From the NCBI GenBank assembly GCA_950097015.1, contig CATNEN010000001.1:20646001-20710000 (forward strand): a DNA stretch of 64,000 bases, written 5' to 3'. The stretch is from Macrostomum hystrix (taxonomy: Eukaryota; Animalia; Platyhelminthes). The translations under genes were made by a program, and so were the position numbers. A model generated the notes under the pieces. That model was given only the letters and a program-made list of their open reading frames with translations. It was not told where the DNA came from and searched no databases. Shown in pieces: positions 37,251 through 48,200 of the stretch. How positions within the stretch are numbered: position 1 is the stretch's first letter; each line of letters opens with the position of its first letter.

Positions 37251-37990
37251 TGAGGCAGGCCCAAATTTTATCGTAGAATTATAAGTTGAATTCCCGCCAA
37301 ATGCTTTTTCCCGATTTTCATTTTGTTATAATACACCGTATCATCCACCCCAATTTTGCTATAAATATAGACGCAGTTTTGCCCAAAATCCCCAACCGGT
37401 GCCTCGCGCCCAGTTCTAAGCTGAATAAAGGAGAGTAAAGTTTCAAAGTGTTCAAAGAGTTCTTATTTAGAGAGAGATTCAGAGAGGAAAAGCAGGTCCG
37501 TGTTCATACACAAGCCAGGAATATTCGAAGGAATAAAGAAGGAGATATTGATCAAAAGCAGAATAGTGTTAAAACTAAAGGAACAGAGGGTAAACTCCCA
37601 GATTGGTGACTGGCACTGTGTGCAAAGTTGGACAACTCCAGTCCATTGGAAGCCTTGAAGACTGGGAAACCAGAAAGCCAGATAATTGAGAGTAAGTAAC
37701 GGGAGAAAGAAAGTGTCTTGCCGCTCGGACACTATCGAGAACGCTACCATATTGGGAAAAGAAAGCAGCCTATCTGGTTAAGCTTAAAGCAATATATGCA
37801 TATGAATTAAAAGGAAATTTAATAGGTGAAATTGTAAAGGACTGAGAAGGGTTGTAAAGAGAGCAAGTTTTAAATAATAATAAAGAAAAGAGAAGGGTCT
37901 ATGACAACTTAGTGGCAGCTGTAAGATAAGTAAAGAGACCTACAACAAATTGGTGAAAGCAGTGGGAGTTAAGAAAGGAGCCCTACGACA
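37251..37990 (+). repeat. 3' LTR
   Basis: Direct repeat of 29093-29832, followed by the CAAT TSD. Confidence 0.96.
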
Positions 37991-39166
37991 CAATATTGAA
38001 CAAAACATGTCCTTTAATATATAAGGCTACACTTCGACAAGAAATTATTTGAGTGCAATCATTTCTATTATGGTGGTTTAATAATTAAATGATTCGAAGA
38101 AGTGATTTCAGCAACATGAAACAAATGAACATAAGCATTTACAGCCTCAGCCTGGAATAAGCACAGCACGTTAGCACGTTAATATTTCTATGAAAAAGCG
38201 AATATTAAAAACTGTCCTATTATCGTAAACGCCTACGAAAAAATGTTACAGCCTTGCTTCTTATTCCAGCGTTAAATTTTGTTCTAGCTGTTGTTTGGTA
38301 GTTTGATTTGTTAATATAGTTATATATATAGTTTCTACTCGTATAGCTAGGCCTAATGCGATTGTTTCTTTCAGCCCAGCGAGCTTGTATAGCCCAAGGA
38401 CCACGAGAAGAAAAGTGGTATTAGTCCTTGGTACTGGTTATATTTTGGACTTCTGACCGAGAGGACGGGGGTTTAAATCTCAGCCGATTGAAAATTTTAC
38501 CCCTGTGAAAAACACAAAACTACATTGCGCGCGCCGTGAACGCTCTTGCCCATTTTAAAGATAGTTGAGCTGAATCAATAGGTAAATGAATAAAGCGTCT
38601 TGCTCATGAAGACCAATAGTGTCCCAAAGGCTGAGATTTGAACTGAGTCACGAGTCAACCTCTTGGTCACGAGTCCGAAGCTTTAACAACAAGCTACCTT
38701 ATTATTTGCAAGTGGGCGTTATACACATGAAGCATGCGCACTGTTCGAGAGTTATAGGTCCTATACTAGCTAATTTCAGTATGCTAGAGCCAACAATATT
38801 AAAAAAATTCGAATGCATTTAGAGAGGCCCCTATTATAGAATCGATTGTGTGACAGGAATGTGACGACGCCTAAACATTCAAGACTAGTCTAGGACTTCA
38901 GCTACTAGCGAATTTATTGCATTTGTTTCCGAATTTATAGAAAGAAATACATTTCAGAGAAACCCACTCAACCTGTCCCATGATTTTTGTTTTTTTTTAA
39001 CTTGCAATTGCCAATTAGCTTGCGTTTGTTGTCCAAAATTTGTTTTTTTTCACAGATGTAAAATACATAAGCTTTTTTGCTTTTTATTTTCAACAGACAC
39101 AAATAAATTCCATATTGATAGCACGAGAGCCGTCAACCCAGACCCTTAGTACTCAGTTATGCGGTC

Positions 39167-40801
39167 TCAAGCATCAGGACAATAGATCGACATGGCACGC
39201 TGTAGCTCCGTGTCGCTAAGCTGCTTGAGAGCGATTCCAAAGCACTTCATCAATAGGACTTCTCCGCCGTAGTAATTGCTAGTAAGCCCGAGTTGAATTT
39301 TTTGATGCCGAAATATCCTAGAACTTCTTCGAGCTTCAACAAGAGGTGCTTGCAAACTTCCTCTAATCCCAAGGTTCCAATTATAAATCTTGTTCTTCAT
39401 CGAAAGTCTGACGTCACACCAGTACGCCACACAGGGCATTCCACTGAAGATTTCACGCTTGAAATTAACAGTTACGTGGGTTGCATTGCGTGGCTCATAC
39501 TGAACGACATCAAAGTGAGTGTTGGGTGGGAAATGGTAGAAACCAGCGAAAAGGTTGTTGTCAAAATCATAGCCAGGATAGGCTATCTCAGACACGTTCA
39601 CGAAGTTCAATATATAGTAAGTGCCTTTAAGTGCGCGCAGCTTAAAGTACATTGACCACTCGGACTTCGAAAGAATGGAATCGTTATAGGCAGTGGGCGG
39701 ACCGACGTTATAGACAGGGTGACTAGCATTAAAAATGGCGCCCAAATCAGTCGACCTCTGAACTCCGAACTTGTCCTCAATCACATAGGTCCGCCGGTCC
39801 ACAAGGTTGTCGAGGCTCCTCCTGAAGTCGAACGCTGCGACAAGACCATCCACTGGAGGAGGAGTCACACCTCCGTCCGTGTCGTTGGACGCCACCGACT
39901 TGCACACGAACCTGAGCCTGTTGTAGCACCTGTCAGTGCGCAGTCGACCGGCAGACAAGGTGACGCAGTTCACAGTCCAGTCCGCATTGTTCGGATGTCC
40001 AGCCTCCCACTGCGGGATCGAGGCCAGCTTCCCAGAGAAGTCCGTCCACTGGTAGCACAGCTCGCGACCCGCACTGTCGGGGAAGCAGGGGTTCAGCTTG
40101 ATGAGGCCGAGCCACACCGAGTCGAGCGCCGGCGACTTCTCGCAACCGTCGATTCCGAAGGTGAACTCGTTGATGAAGCTCAGCTCAGAGTGGGTCAGCA
40201 CCGACACGAGTTGAGACGAGTTTCGCTGGCAGTAGAAATTCGCCTCGTTGAAGTTGGCCTCGAAGCGCGGCATCAAGTAGCAGTGGTCGTCTTTGAGCGA
40301 CCAGCCGCTCGGACATCGGCGAGACGATTCATGGTGACTCGAGTTGGTGCTTGCTTTGCACACGAACGGGTGTCTCTCGTGATAGAGCGAGTTGAGCCAC
40401 CACTCACCATCACTCCGAATGAGAGGCTTGTGCACAGTGTCGAGCTGTGAGAAGTTGTGTCTCTCGAAGCTCAAAGCATCGCTGCCGTCCGTCCACTCGT
40501 AGGTTCTCGGGTCCGTGAGTCGGTTGAGGTCCGTGCCGAACTTTCCGATCCAGGCGTCTCTGCAGTGAGACAGTCTTCCGACCAGTCGGTTCTCCTGCTC
40601 AGATCCGACGGAGGCGAGGTGAGCTCTGTGAGAGAGACACGTCTGCTCGGCCTCGAACCAGTACTGCGGGCGGCTGAACCACTTGTAGCACGATTGAGCT
40701 CGTTGAGTCCAGTTCTGTTGCGGACACTGAGCAGAGGCAACGGAGAGCAGCAGAGCTGCAGTGACTGCCAAGAGGCAGGTGGATAGAAGATTGGACTGCA
40801 T
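39167..40801 (-). CDS. Secreted C-type lectin protein: signal peptide, two CTLDs and a putative LamG/concanavalin-like C-terminal domain; intronless CDS, 544 aa
   Basis: ATG 40801 followed by hydrophobic LLSTCLLAVTAALLLSVASA. CTLD1: CPQQNW..SCYKWF..WFEAEQTC..AHLASV..AWIG..YEWTDGS..PFVCK. CTLD2: CPSGW..HCY..NEANFYC..SQLVSV..VWLGL..WEAGHPNN..CV..C..RFVCK. The tail (GLVAAFDF...FGIALKQLSDTEL) resembles LamG-type domains (inference). Confidence 0.88.
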   Translation of the reverse strand: MQSNLLSTCLLAVTAALLLSVASAQCPQQNWTQRAQSCYKWFSRPQYWFEAEQTCLSHRAHLASVGSEQENRLVGRLSHCRDAWIGKFGTDLNRLTDPRTYEWTDGSDALSFERHNFSQLDTVHKPLIRSDGEWWLNSLYHERHPFVCKASTNSSHHESSRRCPSGWSLKDDHCYLMPRFEANFNEANFYCQRNSSQLVSVLTHSELSFINEFTFGIDGCEKSPALDSVWLGLIKLNPCFPDSAGRELCYQWTDFSGKLASIPQWEAGHPNNADWTVNCVTLSAGRLRTDRCYNRLRFVCKSVASNDTDGGVTPPPVDGLVAAFDFRRSLDNLVDRRTYVIEDKFGVQRSTDLGAIFNASHPVYNVGPPTAYNDSILSKSEWSMYFKLRALKGTYYILNFVNVSEIAYPGYDFDNNLFAGFYHFPPNTHFDVVQYEPRNATHVTVNFKREIFSGMPCVAYWCDVRLSMKNKIYNWNLGIRGSLQAPLVEARRSSRIFRHQKIQLGLTSNYYGGEVLLMKCFGIALKQLSDTELQRAMSIYCPDA

Positions 40802-41264
40802 TGGCAGGTCTTCTTGACTTCTTTTCAAGGCCCGTTATAGGGACTTTTCGGACTTTTATTGAGACTTCAGCGGCGCCCGTGGAGTACCGACAGGTTGAGA
40901 CGCTGGCTTTCGTGCGTGACAATTGCTGAAGCGTTGTAGAGGATATGCAATGACTTGTTATCGACTGCTTCAGTCGCCTTAAAGTGAGTAAGATTTGTCG
41001 CATGCTTGCGACTAGCGGTACCCCCAAAAACTTTGCTTCAGCAACTGGAATTCATGCATATAACAATTTGTGCTCAGTTTTTTGTCGATCCACTTGATAT
41101 CTGAAACCTTATTTTAACGTCGAGTTAGGCAATATTGTAAAACTGATAATAGCTGAGTCAACTCACGAATGGGTACTTTTTTCGCACCGGAAGATAAGAA
41201 AGTGCTAGAGAAATCAAACTTAAGTTGATTTGAAGTTTAAAAAATCAGAATTTACTTTATACTA

Positions 41265-41558
41265 GTTTGCTGTTATTTGCTTGCTGTTGTTTGCTTGCTG
41301 TTGTTTGCTTGCTGTTGGCTTGCTGTTGTTTGCTTGCTGTTGTTTGCTTGCTGTTGTTTGCTTGCTGTTGTTTGCTTGCTGTTGGCTTGCTGTTGTTTGC
41401 TTGCTGTTGTTTGCTTGCTGTTGTTTGCTTGCTGTTGTTTGCTGGCTGTTGTTTGCTTGCTGTTGTTTGCTTGCTGTTGTTTGCTTGCTGTTGTTTGCTG
41501 GCTGTTGTTTGCTTGCTGTTGTTTGCTTGCTGTTGTTTGCTGGCTGTTGTTTGCTTGC
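41265..41558. repeat. 14-bp simple repeat (TTGCTGTTGTTTGC)n
   Basis: Visible tandem units. Confidence 0.95.
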
Positions 41559-42202
41559 CGTAGTTTGTGTGCCGTTGTGAAATGATTTATGTTTTTGGTA
41601 TTTCGGGTCTTTTTGCGTCCTCATGGACTCTATGGTCTAGGCTTTATGGAGGACTCTATGGAGACAGGAAGCCTGGTCGACTCGCCGTTTTCGTGATGTT
41701 AGGTTCTTCAACTAGGATATTTCATTTCTTTCTGTATCAGCGATGTAATCTTTTGTACAGAGATGTTAAAACGCGTAATGATATTGTTAGAACATAAGAA
41801 TAAGATCTGACTTATTCTGGAGGAGTCTCCGAAGGCTGGAGCCGGAGTTCAAGGTGGATGTTAAAACTTTACAAAAACGTGTACCTCAGTTCTTTGCTGG
41901 CCAAATTGCTTGCGTGCGTATGATTGGCCTTCTGTTTTAGTCTCGCGAGTAAAACCAAGTAGGAAAGAACGCTGAATGTAACTGCTATAGTAAGTCACTT
42001 TAATTAGGCCAATAGAAATTGAAGCACATATCAATGACAAAAGCCTACGCTGTCTCACAGGTACGGGTTACGATTGTAAGAATAATTTATACAAGAAAAA
42101 AACAATTTATAAACGAGCCTTTTTTAATTTCATTCAATCTTCACACGAGTTTTTTTATTAAAAGTTTAAAATAAACAGAAAACCAAGCACAGTTGCTCGG
42201 TA

Positions 42203-45200
42203 ATGCATCCATTAGACTACGCTCTCATTGCCATCATCTGCTTGTCCTCTGTGGCCATCGGTTTGTACACCTCGTGTACAGGCGGCCGACAGCAGACTAC
42301 TAGCGAGTACGTCCTAGGCAATCGAAACATGAAACTGCTGCCTGTGGCCATCTCCATCCTGGTGTCCTTCTGGTCCGCCATTTCTTTGCTTGGTGAGGCC
42401 TGCATTGCTCATTGGTTATTCTACTCTCACTGTCTCTAGTCTCTCAACATCTCTACTCCCTCAGCGTCTACTCTCAGCGTCTACTCTCAGCGTCTACTCT
42501 CACTGTCTACTCTCAGCGTCTACTCTCAGCGTCTACTCTCACTGTCTACTCTCAGCGTCTACTCTCAGCGTCTACTCTCACTGTCTCTAATTTCACTGTA
42601 TCTCTACTCCCACTGTCTCTACTCTCACTGTATCTCTACTCTCGATGTCTCTACTCCCACTGTCTCTACTCTCACTGTCTGTACTCTCAATCTCTACTCT
42701 CAGAGTCTCTACTCTCAGTCTCTACTCTCACTGTATCTCTACTCTCAGTCTCTACTCTCACTGTATCTCTACTCTCAGTCTCTACTCTCAGTGTCTCTAC
42801 TTTCAGTGTCTCTAATCTCGATATATCTTACTCTTAATGTCTCTACTCTCAATGTCTCTACTCTCAGTCTCTACTCTCAGTGTCTCTACTCTCAGTCTCT
42901 ACTCTCAGTGTCTCTACTCTCAGTCTCTACTCTTAATGTCTCTACTCTCACTCTGTCACTGTGTCTCGCAACACTTGAAAGCCGTTAGTCAGTGGAATTT
43001 GCAAGTCAAAAAAATCTAAATTCACCGAAATAGAATTTAGTTTTTATTCCTGAATTAAACTTACGTGCTCGCAAGCAGATCTAGCTACAATAATGCTAAT
43101 GCGTTAGACATTTTGATAGATTCAAGCAACTCGCTAGGTAAATATTGTGTTTCAAAGAGATTAACAGTTAAGACACGGACTGGTACATGCAAAGCATTTT
43201 GAACAAAAAAACGTTTGTGATTCCACAATCAGTGGCTGGTGTAATTTCTGATAGTCTATGCCATTGGTCATTGGATCCCAATGCTTTTATACCCTAATTG
43301 ACAGCTATATCCGAATAAGAATTAACTAACGCTTCTTACTGTTTAGCGTTGAATGCTCACACAATTTGGTTAAGAGAATAGTGACGAATGAGAATTGAAA
43401 ATCGGGTAGCGAATAGTAGCTAACGAGTAGCTATTAGTAGGTAACGAGTAAGCTATAGCTATTAGTAGGTAACGAGTTAGCTATAGCTATTAGTAGGTAA
43501 CGAGTTAGCTATAGCTATTAGTAGGTAACGAGTTAGCTATAGCTATTAGTAGGTAACGAGTAGCTATTAGTAGGTAACGAGTTAGCTATAGCTATTAGTA
43601 GGTAACGAGTTAGCTATAGCTATTAGTAGGTAACGAGTTAGCTATAGCTATTATAGTAGGTAACGAGTTAGCTATAGCTATTATAGTAGGTAACGAGTTA
43701 GCTATAGCTATTATAGTAGGTAACGAGTTAGCTATAGCTATTATAGTAGGTAACGAGTTAGCTATAGCTATTATAGTAGATAACGAGTAGCTATTAGTAG
43801 GTAACGAGTAGCTATTAGTAGGTGACGAGTAGCTATTAGTAGGTAACGAGTTAGCTATAGCTATTATAGTAGGTAACGAGTTAGCTATAGCTATTATAGT
43901 AGGTAACGAGTTAGCTATAGCTATTATAGTAGGTAACGAGTAGCTATAGCTATTAGTAGGTAACGAGTAGCTATTAGTAGGTAACGAGTAGCTATTAGTA
44001 GGTAACGAGTAGCTATTAGTAGGTAACGAGTAGCTATTAGTAGGTAACGAGTTAGCTATAGCTATTAGTAGGTAACGAGTTAGCTATAGCTATTATAGTA
44101 GGTAACGAGTTAGCTATAGCTATTAGTAGGTAACGAGTAGCTATTAGTAGGTAACGAGTAGCTATTAGTAGGTAACGAGTAGCTATTAGTAGGTAACGAG
44201 TAGCTATTAGTAGGTAACGAGTTAGCTATAGCTATTAGTAGGTAACGAGTTAGCTATAGCTATTATAGTAGGTAACGAGTTAGCTATAGCTATTATAGTA
44301 GGTAACGAGTTAGCTATAGCTATTAGTAGGTAACGAGTAGCTATTAGTAGGTAACGAGTAGCTATTAGTAGGTAACGAGTAGCTATTAGTAGGTAACGAG
44401 TAGCTATTAGTAGGTAACGAGTAGCTATTAGTAGGTAACGAGTTAGCTATAGCTATTAGTAGGTAACGAGTAGCTATAGCTATTAGTAGGTAACGAGTAG
44501 CTATAGCTATTAGTAGGTAACGAGTTAGCTATAGCTATTAGTAGGTAACGAGTAGCTATAGCTATTAGTAGGTAACGAGTTAGCTATTAGTAGGTAACGA
44601 GTTAGCTATAGCTATTACTAGGTAACGAGTAGCTATAGCTATTAGTAGGTAACGAGTTAGCTATAGCTATTAGTAGGTAACGAGTAGCTATAGCTATTAT
44701 AGTAGGTAACGAGTAGCTATTAGTAGGTAACGAGTAGCTATTAGTAGGTAACGAGTTAGCTATAGCTATTAGTAGGTAACGAGTAGCTATTAGTAGGTAA
44801 CGAGTTAGCTATAGCTATTAGTAGGTAACGAGTTAGCTATAGCTATTAGTAGGTAACGAGTAGCTATAGCTATTAGTAGGTAACGAGTAGCTATTAGTAG
44901 GTAACGAGTAAGCTATAGCTATTAGTAGGTAACGAGTAGCTATAGCTATTAGTAGGTAACGAGTTAGCTATAGCTATTAGTAGGTAACGAGTAGCTATAG
45001 CTATTATAGTAGGTAACGAGTAGCTATTAGTAGGTAACGAGTAGCTATTAGTAGGTAACGAGTTAGCTATAGCTATTAGTAGGTAACGAGTAGCTATTAG
45101 TAGGTAACGAGTTAGCTATAGCTATTAGTAGGTAACGAGTAGCTATAGCTATTAGTAGGTAACGAGTTAGCTATAGCTATTAGTAGGTAACGAGTAGCTA

Positions 45201-48200
45201 TAGCTATTAGTAGGTAACGAGTTAGCTATAGCTATTAGTAGGTAACGAGTAGCTATAGCTATTAGTAGGTAACGAGTTAGCTATAGCTATTAGTAGGTAA
45301 CGAGTAGCTATAGCTATTATAGTAGGTAACGAGTAGCTATTAGTAGGTAACGAGTAGCTATTAGTAGGTAACGAGTTAGCTATAGCTATTAGTAGGTAAC
45401 GAGTAGCTATTAGTAGGTAACGAGTTAGCTATAGCTATTAGTAGGTAACGAGTAGCTATAGCTATTAGTAGGTAACGAGTTAGCTATAGCTATTAGTAGG
45501 TAACGAGTAGCTATAGCTATTAGTAGGTAACGAGTTAGCTATAGCTATTAGTAGGTAACGAGTAGCTATAGCTATTAGTAGGTAACGAGTAGCTATAGCT
45601 ATTAGTAGGTAACGAGTAGCTATAGCTATTAGTAGGTAACGAGTTAGCTATAGCTATTAGTAGGTAACGAGTAGCTATAGCTATTATAGTAGGTAACGAG
45701 TAGCTATTAGTAGGTAACGAGTTAGCTATAGCTATTAGTAGGTAACGAGTAGCTATTAGTAGGTAACGAGTAAGCTATAGCTATTAGTAGGTAACGAGTA
45801 GCTATAGCTATTAGTAGGTAACGAGTTAGCTATAGCTATTAGTAGGTAACGAGTAGCTATAGCTATTATAGTAGGTAACGAGTAGCTATTAGTAGGTAAC
45901 GAGTAGCTATTAGTAGGTAACGAGTTAGCTATAGCTATTAGTAGGTAACGAGTAGCTATTAGTAGGTAACGAGTTAGCTATAGCTATTAGTAGGTAACGA
46001 GTTAGCTATAGCTATTAGTAGGTAACGAGTAGCTATAGCTATTAGTAGGTAACGAGTAGCTATTAGTAGGTAACGAGTTAGCTATAGCTATTAGTAGGTA
46101 ACGAGTTAGCTATAGCTATTATAGTAGGTAACGAGTTAGCTATAGCTATTATAGTAGGTAACGAGTTAGCTATAGCTATTATAGTAGGTAACGAGTTAGC
46201 TATAGCTATTAGTAGGTAACGAGTAGCTATTAGTAGGTAACGAGTAGCTATTAGTAGGTAACGAGTAGCTATTAGTAGGTAACGAGTAGCTATTAGTAGG
46301 TAACGAGTAGCTATTAGTAGGTAACGAGTTAGCTATAGCTATTAGTAGGTAACGAGTAGCTATAGCTATTAGTAGGTAACGAGTAGCTATAGCTATTAGT
46401 AGGTAACGAGTTAGCTATAGCTATTAGTAGGTAACGAGTAGCTATAGCTATTAGTAGGTAACGAGTTAGCTATTAGTAGGTAACGAGTTAGCTATAGCTA
46501 TTACTAGGTAACGAGTAGCTATAGCTATTAGTAGGTAACGAGTTAGCTATAGCTATTAGTAGGTAACGAGTAGCTATAGCTATTAGTAGGTAACGAGTAG
46601 CTATTAGTAGGTAACGAGTAGCTATTAGTAGGTAACGAGTTAGCTATAGCTATTAGTAGGTAACGAGTAGCTATTAGTAGGTAACGAGTTAGCTATAGCT
46701 ATTAGTAGGTAACGAGTTAGCTATAGCTATTAGTAGGTAACGAGTAGCTATAGCTATTAGTAGGTAACGAGTAGCTATTAGTAGGTAACGAGTAAGCTAT
46801 AGCTATTAGTAGGTAACGAGTAGCTATAGCTATTAGTAGGTAACGAGTTAGCTATAGCTATTAGTAGGTAACGAGTAGCTATAGCTATTATAGTAGGTAA
46901 CGAGTAGCTATTAGTAGGTAACGAGTTAGCTATAGCTATTAGTAGGTAACGAGTAGCTATAGCTATTAGTAGGTAACGAGTTAGCTATAGCTATTAGTAG
47001 GTAACGAGTAGCTATAGCTATTAGTAGGTAACGAGTTAGCTATAGCTATTAGTAGGTAACGAGTAGCTATAGCTATTAGTAGGTAACGAGTAGCTATAGC
47101 TATTAGTAGGTAACGAGTAGCTATAGCTATTAGTAGGTAACGAGTTAGCTATAGCTATTAGTAGGTAACGAGTAGCTATAGCTATTATAGTAGGTAACGA
47201 GTAGCTATTAGTAGGTAACGAGTTAGCTATAGCTATTAGTAGGTAACGAGTAGCTATTAGTAGGTAACGAGTAGCTATTAGTAGGTAACGAGTAAGCTAT
47301 AGCTATTAGTAGGTAACGAGTAGCTATAGCTATTAGTAGGTAACGAGTTAGCTATAGCTATTAGTAGGTAACGAGTAGCTATAGCTATTATAGTAGGTAA
47401 CGAGTAGCTATTAGTAGGTAACGAGTAGCTATTAGTAGGTAACGAGTTAGCTATAGCTATTAGTAGGTAACGAGTAGCTATTAGTAGGTAACGAGTTAGC
47501 TATAGCTATTAGTAGGTAACGAGTAGCTATTAGTAGGTAACGAGTAGCTATTAGTAGGTAACGAGTAAGCTATAGCTATTAGTAGGTAACGAGTAGCTAT
47601 AGCTATTAGTAGGTAACGAGTTAGCTATAGCTATTAGTAGGTAACGAGTAGCTATAGCTATTATAGTAGGTAACGAGTAGCTATTAGTAGGTAACGAGTA
47701 GCTATTAGTAGGTAACGAGTTAGCTATAGCTATTAGTAGGTAACGAGTAGCTATAGCTATTAGTAGGTAACGAGTTAGCTATAGCTATTAGTAGGTAACG
47801 AGTAGCTATAGCTATTAGTAGGTAACGAGTAGCTATAGCTATTAGTAGGTAACGAGTAGCTATAGCTATTAGTAGGTAACGAGTTAGCTATAGCTATTAG
47901 TAGGTAACGAGTAGCTATAGCTATTAGTAGGTAACGAGTAGCTATAGCTATTATAGTAGGTAACGAGTTAGCTATAGCTATTATAGTAGGTAACGAGTAG
48001 CTATAGCTATTAGTAGGTAACGAGTAGCTATAGCTATTAGTAGGTAACGAGTAGCTATAGCTATTAGTAGGTAACGAGTTAGCTATAGCTATTAATAGGT
48101 AACGAGTAGCTATAGCTATTAGTAGGTAACGAGTAGCTATAGCTATTAGTAGGTAACGAGTTAGCTATAGCTATTAGTAGGTAACGAGTAGCTATAGCTA

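Larger units (their letters stand above)
29093..37990 (+). mobile_element. Full-length, intact Ty3/gypsy LTR retrotransposon (8898 bp) with an extra ORF3
   Basis: Two 740-bp LTRs (TG...CA) with no difference seen by eye; 4-bp TSD CAAT at 29089-29092 and 37991-37994; PBS; gag; pol in PR-RT-RH-IN order; PPT. Confidence 0.97.

Noticed and set aside
38405-38490. tRNA-like stretch (GGACTTCTGACC...GGGGGTTTAAATCTC)
   Set aside because: No complete cloverleaf could be built and the B box is degenerate; at most a decayed SINE head.
39293-40786. Plus-strand ORFs overlapping the lectin gene, and antisense ORFs over gag/pol and ORF3
   Set aside because: Antisense shadows of real coding sequence with no recognisable motifs.
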